Positions 26,501 to 39,304 of a stretch of DNA of 64,000 nt are shown piece by piece. The position numbers and the translations under genes were made by a program. The stretch is from Eledone cirrhosa (taxonomy: Eukaryota): the NCBI GenBank assembly GCA_964016885.1, contig OZ024745.1:123318001-123382000 (forward strand), in the 5' to 3' direction. The notes under the pieces were generated by a model that had not been told where the DNA came from, ran no database searches, and was given only the letters and a program-made list of their open reading frames with translations. Position 1 is the stretch's first letter. Each line of letters starts with the position of its first letter.

Positions 26501-27826
26501 ATCTAATTCAAATGTAATGTGTAGGCTCAGTTTAAAATTTCTCATTATGTATTATATTATAACAAGTGTTTTAATCTGTTGACTGCCATGAATATTTTAC
26601 ACAGCTACAGTTGCTGTGTCAGGTATTTTTTCCAGTAAAATGATTATTTTGATTGACAAACGTCACATCAATAAACTAGTAACCCCATCTAGCTTTGAAG
26701 TTATGAACTGTTGGAAAGGAGTCCAAACATGTCAAGGTGAGTTATCTCATCTGTGGCACTGGAATGCATACATGTTAGGATGAGTTATCTCGTCTACGAC
26801 ACTGAAGAGCTTAAGACCATTTTCATTTTTGAGGCAATGCTTTAGAGCCAGACACTCTTCTTGTGCCAACCCTTTTAGTCCCCTTTTATGGCCCACAATG
26901 ATACAGTCTATACACAGTATACATAATCTATTTTAGTGGTGACATATTGACAGTATCAGTAGAGTGTTGGACAACATGCTCTGTAGTATATAGTTACGGC
27001 CCTTTACACCCTGAGTTCAAATCTTGCTACAGTTAACTTTACTTTTCATCCTTGAATAAAAAAGGATAAATATCCCCTAACTCCTTGTGCAGTCATAGAG
27101 GCACCATCAAACGGCATGTCTGGGGCACTTTTAAACCTGGCCAAACCCTCTCCAGGCCTAAACACAGCTGATTTTTTTCTATAGAGGAAGAATTGACCCC
27201 AGTACTGGACTGGTACTTTTTTTATTAACCTCAAAAGGATGAAAGGCAAAGTTGACCATGGATTTAAACTCAGAGCATGCAATGAGATGGGACAATCTTA
27301 ATGACTGCCAATTTTCCGCCTTACAGGGTTGATAATATAAAGTACCAGAAATACACTGGGGTTGATTTAATCGACTTTCCCCTCCCCTAAATTGTAGGCT
27401 TGGTGTTTAAATAAGAAATCATTAATTATTTTATTAATCACTGCTAATTACATATGATTTATGTGTGGTTTACCATATGTACCTGTACTGGTAGTGCACA
27501 TGTATATATTACAATTAAACAAACAGAAAAACAGAACTAGAATTTGAGGTGATCTTAGACCCTTCAAAATTGTCACTCATGCCAATAGGCTTACCTGAGC
27601 CCATCTGGCTCTACCTCTGGTCCATTTTTGTTCATTAGATAGCAAGCAGCATTCATATTTCTATGAATTTTCTTGGTGAAACTGGCCATTTGGAAGCTGT
27701 AAAAGTTAAGCTCTTTGACACAAGCTATACAATCTTTGGAATCTCTTAGAGGCTGCTCAACCTGCTAGAAATATCATCCAAATCTCCCTTGTATTACAAA
27801 AGAATTTAAGAAAGTAGTCCTAGATC

Positions 27827-28350
27827 CAGGGTGGGCAACCGGTGGCCCTTAGGCCACAATCTGGCCTGCCAGACCAGTCAGAGTGGCCCACGATGACCAT
27901 TTAAAATGTTTACCGTGTAGGCTTATTTAGAATTTTGTTCGTTACCGGAATACAATTTTCTGTTAGTTGACCTATACTAAAGGGCTTCACTGATAGGGTT
28001 ATGTGTGTTATAATTTCCCAGTTCCATGTTATGAAAAGAAGTTGTGGTGAATTTTTGGAATAGTGCTTAATAAATATTAAATGTTTCTACTTTAGGCACA
28101 AGGCCAGCAATTACCCACTGCATTACTGGTACTTTATTTTATCGACCCCATAAGGATAAAATGCAAAGTCAACCTCGGCGGGATTTGAACTCAGATTGTA
28201 AAGGGACGTAACTATGCTGGAAAGCATGGCGTCCGACCCTCTATCGATACTGCCAATCCACCGCCCTAGTGCATAATAAATATTAATGACCCTAATAGTT
28301 GTTCGAATGTTCAAAAGTGGCCCTCCAGTGGAATACGTTACACATCCCTG
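27827..28350 (+). mobile_element. hAT (Charlie-like) MITE interrupted by a SINE A
   Basis: CAGGG...CCCTG ends; TCCTAGAT target duplication; SINE at about 28080-28270 flanked by TAATAAATATTAA; uninterrupted copy at 52950-53266. Confidence 0.8.
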
Positions 28351-29199
28351 TCCTAGATATACAAACACATGGGATGATCATGGTTGTAATGTATTTGATC
28401 ATAGACTTATCTAATCAGACATGAATTGGGGATGAAATAACATCAATCAACTTTATATTTTTAACCAAACGTTCTATTTCTATATAATGAAAGTGTACAA
28501 TTTTCAAATATTTCTGACACTATACCAACTTAATTCAAAATATTACTGATACTTATTCTATTGACAATATAAAAAAATGAAATGTTGAACTATAAATCAT
28601 CCAACTTATAAGTTTCTGTCAAGTATTGGCGTCAATATGATCGAATGTGTAGCCAAGAGCCTAAGTTAGAAATCAATAATCTAGTTTTATCTATTGATTT
28701 TCTATTAGTCTATTATTTTGCATTTGAAGAAATGTTTTCTGACAGAGGTAGATTTGCCATTTGATTACTTGGCAATAACTGATCTTCTCTTGTTAAAGTT
28801 TCCCTATTCATAATGTTTAAATCATAGAATTGTAGATTATGGTTTTACATGAAATGCCTACTCAGTTGAATAAGACGCATAAAATATTGTTTTTTAATCT
28901 AATTTATTGTTACATAATCATGTTCTTTTGATAGGAAACAATATATTAGATTAAACACCCTTGTCTGCAATGAGGGTATGTATTGTACAGGATCAAATTA
29001 GGCTGAGATCCAACAGCTTTCTGCATCTTTGCTTGCCATGTGAATAACCAGCAGTCAGTGAAGAAGTGCAGTTAAAGAATGCATGGTCTCTCCATCACTG
29101 TTATAAACAATTCTCTGTGCAAGCTTTGCTTTTTTCTTGTATATTTCAAGTCCCATGGTGATGGGTGACATATGATGAACCTGCACATATGGCAGCTTC

Positions 29200-29540
29200 A
29201 GGTGATGGTCATTTTAAAGTATATCATAGGGAAAATGTTCACTGGTGTTCTACTGGAGTGGTAACCTTAGGTAACCTTATTTAAGGAAAGCACTACCTAC
29301 CCAAATCTGAGAGGGGACTTTAAAAAAGTGCCCCCAAGAAAATCTGTCCCATCTCAAATTCAGTCAGAACCTACACCTGGCAAGTTATCCCGAAAAATTA
29401 TATTCTAAACAAAAAGCAAAATCTCATTGTTGCAACCTGGAATTTTAACTCTCTTATGAATGGTTCTGTTTCTGTAACAAACAGACCTCCACAATGGAGC
29501 TTCAAAGAGCTTCAGTAGTAAAAATTAGAGACTATAAACT
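29200..29540 (+). mobile_element. RTE LINE 5' remnant (start of APE domain)
   Basis: SKNLIVATWNFNSLM...RPPQ resembles the RTE N-terminal TWNVRTL...RP motif. Confidence 0.5.
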
Positions 29541-30224
29541 AAGACCTCATTTACCTTATTTATGCATTCAGAAAGGTATAAATGTTATAACTACTCCTTA
29601 TATATATATATATATGTGTGTGTGTGTTGAAGTTTCCGTTGAAAAAGTCAGAGGAATGAAGAGTGCTCTATGTAAGTTACAGAGCTAAATATTTAATGTA
29701 TAATAAACAATACAAGAGCTTTCCCAAATAAGACGGATATAAGAAACGTTCACATTTGTTCGTCAGACAAGGCAATTTAAAACATTGTGAAATATTTGAA
29801 AAATTTGAAAAAAAAATATATATATATATATATGAATCACTACCTCCCTACGGACAACTGACACCAGGTTCAAACATGGAAGAGCCAAATTCCCACTGTC
29901 ATCACCACCATCTCTCTCGCCCTCCCCCATCTCTCTGTATTATGAGCAAATGGGGTCAGAAAAGCAAAAGTAGAAGGAAAGGTAGGACAAGCAAGCCTGA
30001 ATGTATGAGGTCAACAGTGAATAATGGCTATTGTAGTATTGACAGAAAAGGTAAATAGAGAAAATATAAGTGCTATTATTTCATAGGATAGCAAGATATT
30101 CTGTTTTAGAAAAGTAGGTTATAACCTCCTCTCTTGTAGCACAGCCAGTGTTCCTTGCCAAGGCTGGCAATCCTTGGAAATTCCCTTCTTGCCAGTGACT
30201 TTCTTGCAATTACTGTAGAATATA

Positions 30225-30440
30225 ACCCTTTAACAATAACATTCTCTCCTATAACAATATCATGTTTGCCTATAACACAATATCATGCTATAGAACAATA
30301 TCATGCTATACTATAACACAGTATTATGCTATTCTATAACACAATAACAGCTACACTATAACACAATAACAGCTATACTATAACATACTAACAGATATAC
30401 TATGGCACAATAACCTATGTAATAACATAATATCTTGTTA
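30225..30440. repeat. Degenerate ~23-bp tandem repeat
   Basis: TATAACACAATAACAGCTATAC-like units. Confidence 0.7.
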
Positions 30441-31811
30441 TATTCATCATCATCATCATCCTCGTTTAACGTCCACTTTCCACGCTAGCATGGGTTAGAC
30501 GGGAGTTGTCCCACTTGAGGCAAGGTTGGTCGGGTGACCGTGTCTCGCTCATATAGGTCTATCTGGCAGGTTTTCTACGGCTGGATGCCCTTCCTAATAA
30601 CTGGTCTACTGAAGAATGCATCTCGTCATCATCATTGTTTCAACCTTGAAAGATTGAACATCACCTGAGAAGTTTCCAATGAAGAATGTTGTCCTTCCAA
30701 GTAGCAGATAACAAATGTAGGAAGCTTTCAATGTTCTGATTTACTTTCTATAGAATGTCCAATCTTCATCCACCCTTCACACGCATACACAGTGATAATG
30801 TATTGACATCTTCTTAAACAGTGACATTCATAAAAAGGTTCCTATAAGGGGAGGTATGTTTGGATAGGTGCCCAAACAATATCTTGTTCACTTATAACAT
30901 AATATCTACTTTCCTACAACACTGTAACCTACTCTTCAATAATATTGTAACTTGCTCTCATATAACATAAAAGCCTGCTCACCTATAACCACTGCCATTT
31001 TGTTTTTCAGAACATTTTAATTGCTAGGTTTTATAATCATTTTTGTGAACTATGTTTTTGTTTGCTTGTCTGCTTTTTCACCCACATTGCTTCATTTTGA
31101 TCACTTAATCAAACATTGTGTCAAATGTCGTAACATCTCATTTCCCCAATCTTCTTCCAAGACTGAGAATTTGTTTATTTATTTTCAATACTGATCAAAA
31201 TTGCTCTCCTAAATGTTTAAAGGCGTAAGCCACTGTAAACAAGCAGTTAACAGATAGTGATAAATATCAGGCAACATTATCTATTAAAATGCTGCAAAGA
31301 GTAATATAGAACTAATATTTGATGAAAGAATTGAAAGAGAATGTTAGTAGCATCTAGAACAGCAGTAAGGTCTGCTAATAGAATTTAAAAATTAAACAAT
31401 AGCAACATTCAAAGTCAGTTGAGGAATTAAACATTAGACAAGACAAAGTTATAATTTGATTAGTTTATGAAACTTAGTGGATCTACTGAACACAAAAACC
31501 TAATCTTCTGGAACAGATATAACTTGCTTCTTTTGAATTATTTTAATTAAAAATTAACTTTACATACAATATTCTTAAATTTGTTGATACTACATGTTTA
31601 TTTACAAGGGTGTCTATCAGCTTATAAATAGAATAGAATGCTGAATACAAAAATACATTATGTATATGTATGTTTACACACACACTTATATGTACACACA
31701 CATACATACACACACACACCCATATATATATATATATATTATAAGAGTTGAATGAATTCTATATTATTTCTATTTGATATTTTCTGCAAAACTTATCATT
31801 ATCAACATACA

Positions 31812-34800
31812 GTCATCATCATCATCATCATCATCATCGTTTAACGTCCATGTTCCACGCTTGCATGGGTTTGGACGGGAGTTTTCCCACTTGAGGCAAG
31901 AGTGGTTGTCTTGCTCGCATAGGACTGTCTGGCGGGTTTTCTACAGTTGGATGCCCTTCCTAACACCAACCACGTTTACAGTGTGGAAACTGGGAGGTTT
32001 TTACCGTGTTGCCTACACGGTCACATTACAGCGTGGACTGTGTGTTTTTTTGTTGTGACACCTACACGATCTCATTTGTTTCGGCCTGGATTTTGTGGCA
32101 CCAACATAACTTTACATTGAAAGGGGCGGTGTGGATGGGGTGGGGGTGGTGGGACGGGGGTGTATTTTGTTAGAGATGCCTACTGACTGTAGTAGGTTTT
32201 ACTTTGTATTTAGGTAAGGCGGGTCTTCTCTATTACTGAGTACCGCCAAAGGTCTCGGTCCAGTGACATTGTCTTGGAGAGGTGTAAGTGTGTGAGGTCG
32301 GAATTTATCAGCTCGTCCCAGGTTTTTCTGGGTCTGCCTACTCCGTGGCTACCGTCTATCTTTATTGCCCTGCACTTTGCTATACAGCTGTCGTCTTTCA
32401 TGCGCATCACGTGACCATACCAACGTAGCCTTCTCTCGAGTAAACAACATCTGATCCCTCTTATTTCTAATTTTTTCCTTAGTTCGTTTATGCTTTGCCG
32501 TTCGCGTATATTACTATTACACATCCAGCGGAGCATGCAAGCTTCGTTCCTCTCTAGTCTGCATATATCCTCTGCACACAATGCCCAGGTCTCACTGCCA
32601 TGTAACATTGCTGTTCGTATGCAGGCATCATACAACCTGCCTTTCATTTTTAGGGAGAACCCTTTAGCGGCTAATAGTGGCATAAGCTCTCTGAACTTTT
32701 TCCATCCAGTTCTGACTCTAGCTACTGTACTTTCAGAGCACCCTCCCCCACTGCTGATTTTGTCACCCAGGTAACGGAAGCTGTCCACTATTTCTATAGA
32801 ACCCTCTGCGCAGTTGAAAGAGCTAGTATTTTGTGGGCACTTGCTGCTACTTATTGCACCAGAGCACCGGCCACATGTAAAATCTGTGTTCTTAGTTAGC
32901 TTACCTGTGATCCCACTACATCTTTTATGCACCCATACTTTGCATTTGGGACATAAAATGGAGTTTCTACCTACGCCTTTCCTACACACTGAGCATGGCC
33001 ATTTCCCGGAAGGGACCGGGGCCTTATTTTCTTTCCGACAAACTAGAACTTTAGTCATAGCCAGGTTAATTTTAAGGCCTTTTGATTCTAGGCCGTGCTT
33101 CCATGTTTGGAATTTCTTCTCTAGCTCGGCCATTGATTCAGCTATGAGCGTTAGGTCATCTGCGTATAGGAGTTCCCATGGGCAGCCGGTCTTGAACTCC
33201 TCTGTTATAGCCTGAAGAGCAATAATGAATAGTAGGGGGCTAAGAACAGAGCCCTGATGGACACCAACTTTTACGCTAAACTCTTCACTATATTCGTTGT
33301 TAATTCTAACCTTGCTCACTGTTTCTTTATACATGGCTTGTATAGCTCTCACAAGCCATTCGTCAACACCTAGTTTTCTAAGAGCCCACCAGATAATGGA
33401 ACGGGGGACTCTGTCGAAGGCTTTCTCCAAGTCGACAAAGGCTAAGTATAGGGGTTTACTTTTAGCTAGGTACTTCTCCTGTAGTTGTCGTACAATGAAA
33501 AGAGCGTCTGTGGTACTTTTGCCTGACACAAACCCGAACTGCATTTCATCTAGATCGATTCTCTCTCTGATTAGTTGCACTATTACTTTTTCCGTGACCT
33601 TCATGACCTGGTCGATTAATTTAATCCCTCTATAGTTACTCCTATCTAGGGCGTCTCCTTTACCCTTGTAACAGTTAATGATGATGCTGCTACGCCAGTC
33701 CTTCGGAACAACCCCATTCTGTATGACTTGGTTTACTATCCGGGTGACCATGGTGTGTCCCACCGTTCCAGAGGCCTTCAGCATCTCAGCAACTATTTCC
33801 GAAGGCCCAGCCGCCTTACCTGTCTTCATATCTTTGATTGCCTTACTTATTATACTACCTTCAACTAACACTGCTGGTCCCTCTATTGGATCGATCTGGG
33901 GGAGACTATCCTTCTCCCATTTATTCTCCTCATTTAGTAGCCTCTCGTAGTGACACTTCCAAGCGACCTTCTTATCAGCGTCAGTGATGGCGAGTACGCC
34001 ATCATCATTTAGTACACACTTCTCCCCAACAATATCACAATTTTCCTTGACAATCCTAGCAATCCTGAACACCTCACGTTTTTGGTCCTCGCATTGTAGA
34101 ACATGCTTGAACTTTCTTTCCTCTGCTTCCCTTCTTGCGAAGTACACTTGTCTCCTAGCTTCCCTCCTGGCCACTTGATAGTCTTCTCTACTTCCCCCAT
34201 CCCGCCATACTTTCCAAGCCTGCTTTTTGGCCTTAATCAACTCCTCCACCTTACTGTTCCACCACCATGTTACTCTCCTCCTGCCTATAGGCCTGCTCCG
34301 GCCACAGACTTCGTCTGCCGCCATCAGCAGGTTTGCTTTCAGGAATTCCCACTGTCCCTCTATATTGTCCGACTCTAAATGCTCTTCCTTACTGTCGAAA
34401 GCATCAAGTAATATGCTTTGAAATTTATTTCTGGCTGTGGGGTCCTTTATCTTCCATATTTTTCTCTTGAGGATAATCCTCTTCTGCTGTCGAGTACGTC
34501 TCATCCTGACTATGAGGTCGCTAATTATCAGTCTATGTTGGGAGGTGCATTCTTCATGGGGGAGGGATTTAGTGTTTACAACAGTCACTCTGTCACGTCT
34601 TCTGGTAAGGATATAATCTACCTGGCTGGTATGTTCCCCTGATCTGTAGGTGATCAAGTGATTGTCTCGTTTTTTGAAGTTAGTGTTACAGATTGTTAGG
34701 TTATTTGCGTCACAGAATTCCAGGATTCTGGAGCCTTCCTCATTTCTAGTACCAAACCCATAGCCTCCATGGATTTCATCATAGCCATCACAATGTTGTC

Positions 34801-35090
34801 CAACGTGACCATTTAGGTCGCCAGCAATAATTATATAGTCACTGTCGGTTATTTGGGAGGTAGTGAGCATCAGTGTCTCATAGAAAGTGTCTTTTATAGC
34901 GCCAGGCAGTCCGGATTGGGGCGCGTACGCAGATATTATCGTCACAGTAGTTCTATTTAGAACAAGTCTTATTTTAATTATTCTGTCGTTTACTCTATTT
35001 ACGTCTATTATCTTATCCACCCATTTTTCTGCTAACATGATTCCTACCCCACCCAGCCCATTGTCATTTCCCACCCAGAAAAGCTTATAG
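31812..35090 (-). mobile_element. Young 5'-truncated RTE-clade LINE with 3' UTR and (GAT)n tail
   Basis: Contains the uninterrupted 954-aa ORF; 3' UTR ends at the (CAT)n tract near 31815. Confidence 0.92.
32210..35074 (-). CDS. RTE ORF: APE endonuclease (N-truncated), reverse transcriptase and inserted PHD finger
   Basis: GVGI, SAYAP, GDLNGH, VDYIL, SQH (APE); NYRGIKL, QFGF, FVDLEKAFD, GVHQGSVLSP, YADD (RT); CSVC...CPKC..WVH.RC...CGRC (C4HC3); LRWYGHV, GRP.KTW. Confidence 0.93.
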   Translation of the reverse strand: MGNDNGLGGVGIMLAEKWVDKIIDVNRVNDRIIKIRLVLNRTTVTIISAYAPQSGLPGAIKDTFYETLMLTTSQITDSDYIIIAGDLNGHVGQHCDGYDEIHGGYGFGTRNEEGSRILEFCDANNLTICNTNFKKRDNHLITYRSGEHTSQVDYILTRRRDRVTVVNTKSLPHEECTSQHRLIISDLIVRMRRTRQQKRIILKRKIWKIKDPTARNKFQSILLDAFDSKEEHLESDNIEGQWEFLKANLLMAADEVCGRSRPIGRRRVTWWWNSKVEELIKAKKQAWKVWRDGGSREDYQVARREARRQVYFARREAEERKFKHVLQCEDQKREVFRIARIVKENCDIVGEKCVLNDDGVLAITDADKKVAWKCHYERLLNEENKWEKDSLPQIDPIEGPAVLVEGSIISKAIKDMKTGKAAGPSEIVAEMLKASGTVGHTMVTRIVNQVIQNGVVPKDWRSSIIINCYKGKGDALDRSNYRGIKLIDQVMKVTEKVIVQLIRERIDLDEMQFGFVSGKSTTDALFIVRQLQEKYLAKSKPLYLAFVDLEKAFDRVPRSIIWWALRKLGVDEWLVRAIQAMYKETVSKVRINNEYSEEFSVKVGVHQGSVLSPLLFIIALQAITEEFKTGCPWELLYADDLTLIAESMAELEKKFQTWKHGLESKGLKINLAMTKVLVCRKENKAPVPSGKWPCSVCRKGVGRNSILCPKCKVWVHKRCSGITGKLTKNTDFTCGRCSGAISSSKCPQNTSSFNCAEGSIEIVDSFRYLGDKISSGGGCSESTVARVRTGWKKFRELMPLLAAKGFSLKMKGRLYDACIRTAMLHGSETWALCAEDICRLERNEACMLRWMCNSNIRERQSINELRKKLEIRGIRCCLLERRLRWYGHVMRMKDDSCIAKCRAIKIDGSHGVGRPRKTWDELINSDLTHLHLSKTMSLDRDLWRYSVIEKTRLT

Positions 35091-35247
35091 CATCGTTTAA
35101 ATATAACATTATTTTGTAAACCAATATATATTATATGCTGGCATAATTTTCAATATATTCTGTTTTAGTAGCTATGATATGCTATTGGTTTAGTAAGGTC
35201 CAGCTACACAGGTCTCAGTTAATACAACCATTTCACCTCTAACTTAA

Positions 35248-35461
35248 CCCTTTAGCATTTACATTACTCTATATTTACTATTGTATTTTTGTGGTAAATG
35301 CTTTATCTCACATAAATATCTCATATAATATCGAATCTATGAGATTTTTATGTTATTTATTCTGAGAACAATACTTTAACATCAGTATGAGTGGACAGTT
35401 ATGACCAGTTTGAACAGAAAGAGATGAGAAGCCAGATACAACTGGTTTAAATGCTAAAGGG
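35248..35461. mobile_element. piggyBac-like MITE
   Basis: TTAA|CCCTTTAGCATTTA...TAAATGCTAAAGGG|TTAA; related copies at 46730-46937 and partial ones at about 6650-6755 and 54445-54660. Confidence 0.75.
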
Positions 35462-36135
35462 TTAAAAGTTAAATTACTTAGATTGAACTAGAAAAGAAAG
35501 TGTAAATGTAAAATGAAAACTTATCTATAACATTTGTAATATACAAAACCTACACATAATCAGAACTGGACTTACTCATAAGCTAAATCAGTTATAGCCT
35601 AGGGTCACACATCCTTGGGGACCTCATTTTTTAAAGTATATTTTTATTTCATTATTAGTTTTTATTATTAAGGGCGGTGGATTGGCAGTATCGGTAGAGA
35701 GTTGGACCACATGCTTTCCAGCATAGTTACGTCCCTTTACGGTCTGAGTTCAAATCCCGCCGAGGTTTACTTTGCCTTTCATCCTTACGGGGTCGATAAA
35801 ATAAAGTACCAATAATACACTGGGATAATTGCTGGCCTTGTGTCAAAAGTAGAAACAATTATTAGTTTTTATTCTTTAACACTAAATCATCAAAATTTTC
35901 AAAATACTCCAATCCTAATTAGCCATCTGTTATCATTTTCTTTTTATTTCATATTTCGCTGTTTCATCCATTTAATTCACTTTATTTGACTGTTGCCATT
36001 ATCCTTTCGTCTCATCTAATCCCATTTTATTACACTGTCAAGTTCCCTTAAATGTTCTGCATTATCTTCCTTATCGTATCATCTCTTCAAACCACTTTTC
36101 TAATTTTTTTCCATGTTGTTGTTATTATTATTACT

Positions 36136-36985
36136 ATTAGATAGGGAAATAGAGCTCGCTCTATTTTTGACTAAGTAAATTAGCCTAATAGTTGGAGTTA
36201 TAAAAGATTGGAAAAAAGATAAACATCGACGTACATGGCGCACAAACCCACATCTTTGGCTATCATGACCACTGTGTTAACCATTACACCAATACATCAC
36301 CCACCAAATTTCCAATCAATTTGAAGCTATATAACCATAGCTGTTTGTAAAACAAAGCTTATTTTCAAAACAATGCTAAGCTCTGTATCTTATCATCATC
36401 ATCATCATCATCAACGTTTAACATCTATCTTTCACGTTAGCATGTGTTTAGACAGGAATTATCCCACTTGAGGCAAGATTGGTCGGGTGACCGTGTCTCG
36501 CTCATATAGGACTGTCTGGCAGGTTTTCTATGGCTGGATGCCCTTCCTAACACCGACCACGTTTACAGTGTGAACTGGGAGGTTTTTACCGTGTTACCTA
36601 CAAAACCACATTACAGCGTGGACTGGGTGTTTTTTGTCGGGACACCTACATGACCTCATTTATTTTGGACTGGATGTTGTGGTACCAACATAGCTTTACA
36701 GAGAAAGGGTGGATCTTTATGATTATACAGCTTCAAATTGATTGGAAATTTGGTAGGTGACATATTGGTGTAATGGTTAACACAGTGGTCATGATAGCCA
36801 AAGATGTGGGTTCATGTCCTATGTGCATCAATGCTCATCCTTTTTCCAATCTCGGGTTTTTATAACTCCAACTATTAGGCTAATTTACTTAGTCAAAAAT
36901 ATGGCGGAAGCTCTATTTCACTATCTAATTTTCAAATTCTCCAGTTTGTAAAACAAAGCTAATTTTTGAAACAACTCTATATCTT
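36136..36985. mobile_element. Inverted-repeat cassette carrying a tRNA-like Pol III unit, with an RTE-tail SINE between the arms
   Basis: 36136-36340 is the reverse complement of about 36717-36929; each arm has a tRNA-like cloverleaf followed by a T-run; direct repeat GTTTGTAAAACAAAGCT at about 36343 and 36944. Confidence 0.65.
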
Positions 36986-36988
36986 ATA

Positions 36989-37580
36989 CAGGGTCGGAAC
37001 GATATTTGTTCACAAGATTACTGTCTAGGAAATAAATAACACAGTAGTTTTATTTTTTAAGATATATTTATCAAACTTGGGTCAGTTTGTCTTCAAACTT
37101 GGGTCAGTTTGTTCTGGGAGTTGATCTTCTGGTCTTGGCAGAAGTTTTTCTCGAAAAACCACAGCATGTCTGGCTCCAATCAGTGTTTCAACTTGTTGAT
37201 CAGCTTCTTTGCGTGCTTCAGTCGCTTTTCTTGCATCGCCTTTGACAGAAATTGTCCTTTCCTCATCTTGTATGAAATATAGCGAATGTCTTCATGTACC
37301 ACCAGCCTAATGAGCTTTTCATCCACGCCTTTCTCCCTTGCAATGGCACGCATCGACTTGCTAAATTTCCTTATTTGTCCTCCCGGTGCGGATTCCAAGA
37401 AGAACTCTGTGTCTCTTCCACAAATTTGGAGGTTCAAAATTATTCATAATCAATTATTCTGAAAATAAATAATGGAAATATAGTCACTGTTTTTATGAAG
37501 ATAAGAGTGACAACGGAAGTAAAACAAATTTGCATAAAATTAGCAGTTGAAAATTGCGAACAAATATCGTCCACACCCTG
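36989..37580 (-). mobile_element. Tc1/mariner (maT/DD37D-like) deletion derivative
   Basis: TIRs CAGGGT(C/G)(G/T)G(A/G)ACGATATTTGTTC(A/G)CAA with TA TSDs; transposase KSMRAIARE...VHEDIRYISYK...FLS...KRL and WFF..EKNF. Confidence 0.85.
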
Positions 37581-37764
37581 TATATATATGTATTCATACA
37601 TTATGATTATATATAAGGAAAAGATAAAGCAATGAATCTGAAACTTCAAAGTCACTGCCACTTTTCTACTTGGAAAATATATTTCTATATTCTATCTACC
37701 ACAATTGAGTGCTTATTCAGTTAATGTTTGAATGTTTTAAATACATGAATAGCAAAACATGATT

Positions 37765-38090
37765 AAACTGAGAGAAAAAAAATGGGTATAAGAGAAATTA
37801 GATGTAATGTACAAGAGAGAAAACTGCTCAGGTATGGATATGTGATGTGTATGGTTGATGATTGTTGGGTGAAGATGTGTCAAGTGTTCTTTGTGGAAGA
37901 AAGGTGCAGTAAAGGAAAGCCAAGGAATATCTGGGTAGAAGTGATGAGAGCAGATCTCAAAAACACCAAAATTGGCTGAGGTGATAATGAAGGAACACAG
38001 TAGGTGGAGTGAAAGTGTGCTAGAAAACATTCATCCAATTCATGCAGCATAGAAAAGCAGATGTAAAAGGATGATGGTGATGATGATGAT
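37765..38090 (+). mobile_element. Old RTE LINE 3' end
   Basis: GIREIRCNVQERKLLRYGYV...GKPRNIW; (GAT)n tail. Confidence 0.7.
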
Positions 38091-39016
38091 AATATAATAG
38101 AGTCAAAATGGAGATGAAACTGATATTTTCAAATTGCTAACATGAATTTTCTTGACAGACACAGACACTGACTTACAGCATCTCATGGACAATATATTAA
38201 AGTTTTCTCTGAATCTATTTGTATGAAGTAAGAAGATGGATGTGATGTCACAAAATTGATATCTCTTCTGAAATTCCTAGCATTTATTACATAATAGAAA
38301 GTTTCTTTTGAACTAACATGGCTTCAGATATTTATCTACAGATAAGTCTTTGATTTGCAAACAGGCCTGTTGTTTAGTTGCATTATCTTGCTGTCTCATC
38401 TAGCGTGCAGTTAATTTGATATGAAGCCTCAATGGTGATTTATGTTATTAATATTATTATTTGGGTTGGCTAAGGAAATTCATCAGATTATATAAAATGA
38501 GATGATACTGCTACACATTATAATGAAAACTCTACTTTGAAGGTACTTGGACAAGTTTCATGAAAGACCATTGTACAGAATAGAATTTTGAAATATTTCT
38601 CAGATATATTTCCAAGTTTAATACTTTATACAGACAAGAGAAACTACTTTTCTTCTCATTAATGAAAACACACTGATATGCAGAAGTTAGTTTTGAATCC
38701 AGCATTTATCTTGTTACCAAATGTTTATGTTGTTTTTTTTTTATTATCTTATAAATATTTCTGATCAAGCAAAAACCTATAAGAGAAAAAATTATCTTCG
38801 CTTTCTTTTTTTTTGAAAGTCACATCATATATTCTAAAATTGAAGTTATAAATGGATTACCAATTCTCACTTATGTATGTACGGAAAATATCGATTATCT
38901 TATAAATATTTTCAATCAAATAAAAATCTTTCAGAGAAAAGAAATTTCATTGCTTCTTTGAAAGTCACACCATATATTCAAATATTGAAGTTATAGATGA
39001 TCTACTACTACTACTA

Positions 39017-39053
<37 letters not shown>

Positions 39054-39304
39054 AATAATAATAATAATAATTGTTTCTACTTTTGGCACAAGGCCAGCAA
39101 TTACCCCAGTGCATTACTGGTACTTTATTTTATCAATGCTAGCGTGGAAGAACGGACGATGAAGGATGAAAGGCAAAGTAAACCTCAGTGGATTTGAACT
39201 CAGAACGTAAAGGGCCATAACTCTATTCTGCAAAGCATCGTGTCTGATGCTCTACCGATACTGCCAAACCACCGCCCTTAATCATAATAACAATAATTAT
39301 TATA

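Noticed and set aside
32490-35090. Plus-strand ORFs overlapping the RTE
   Set aside because: Antisense shadow frames of the LINE ORF.
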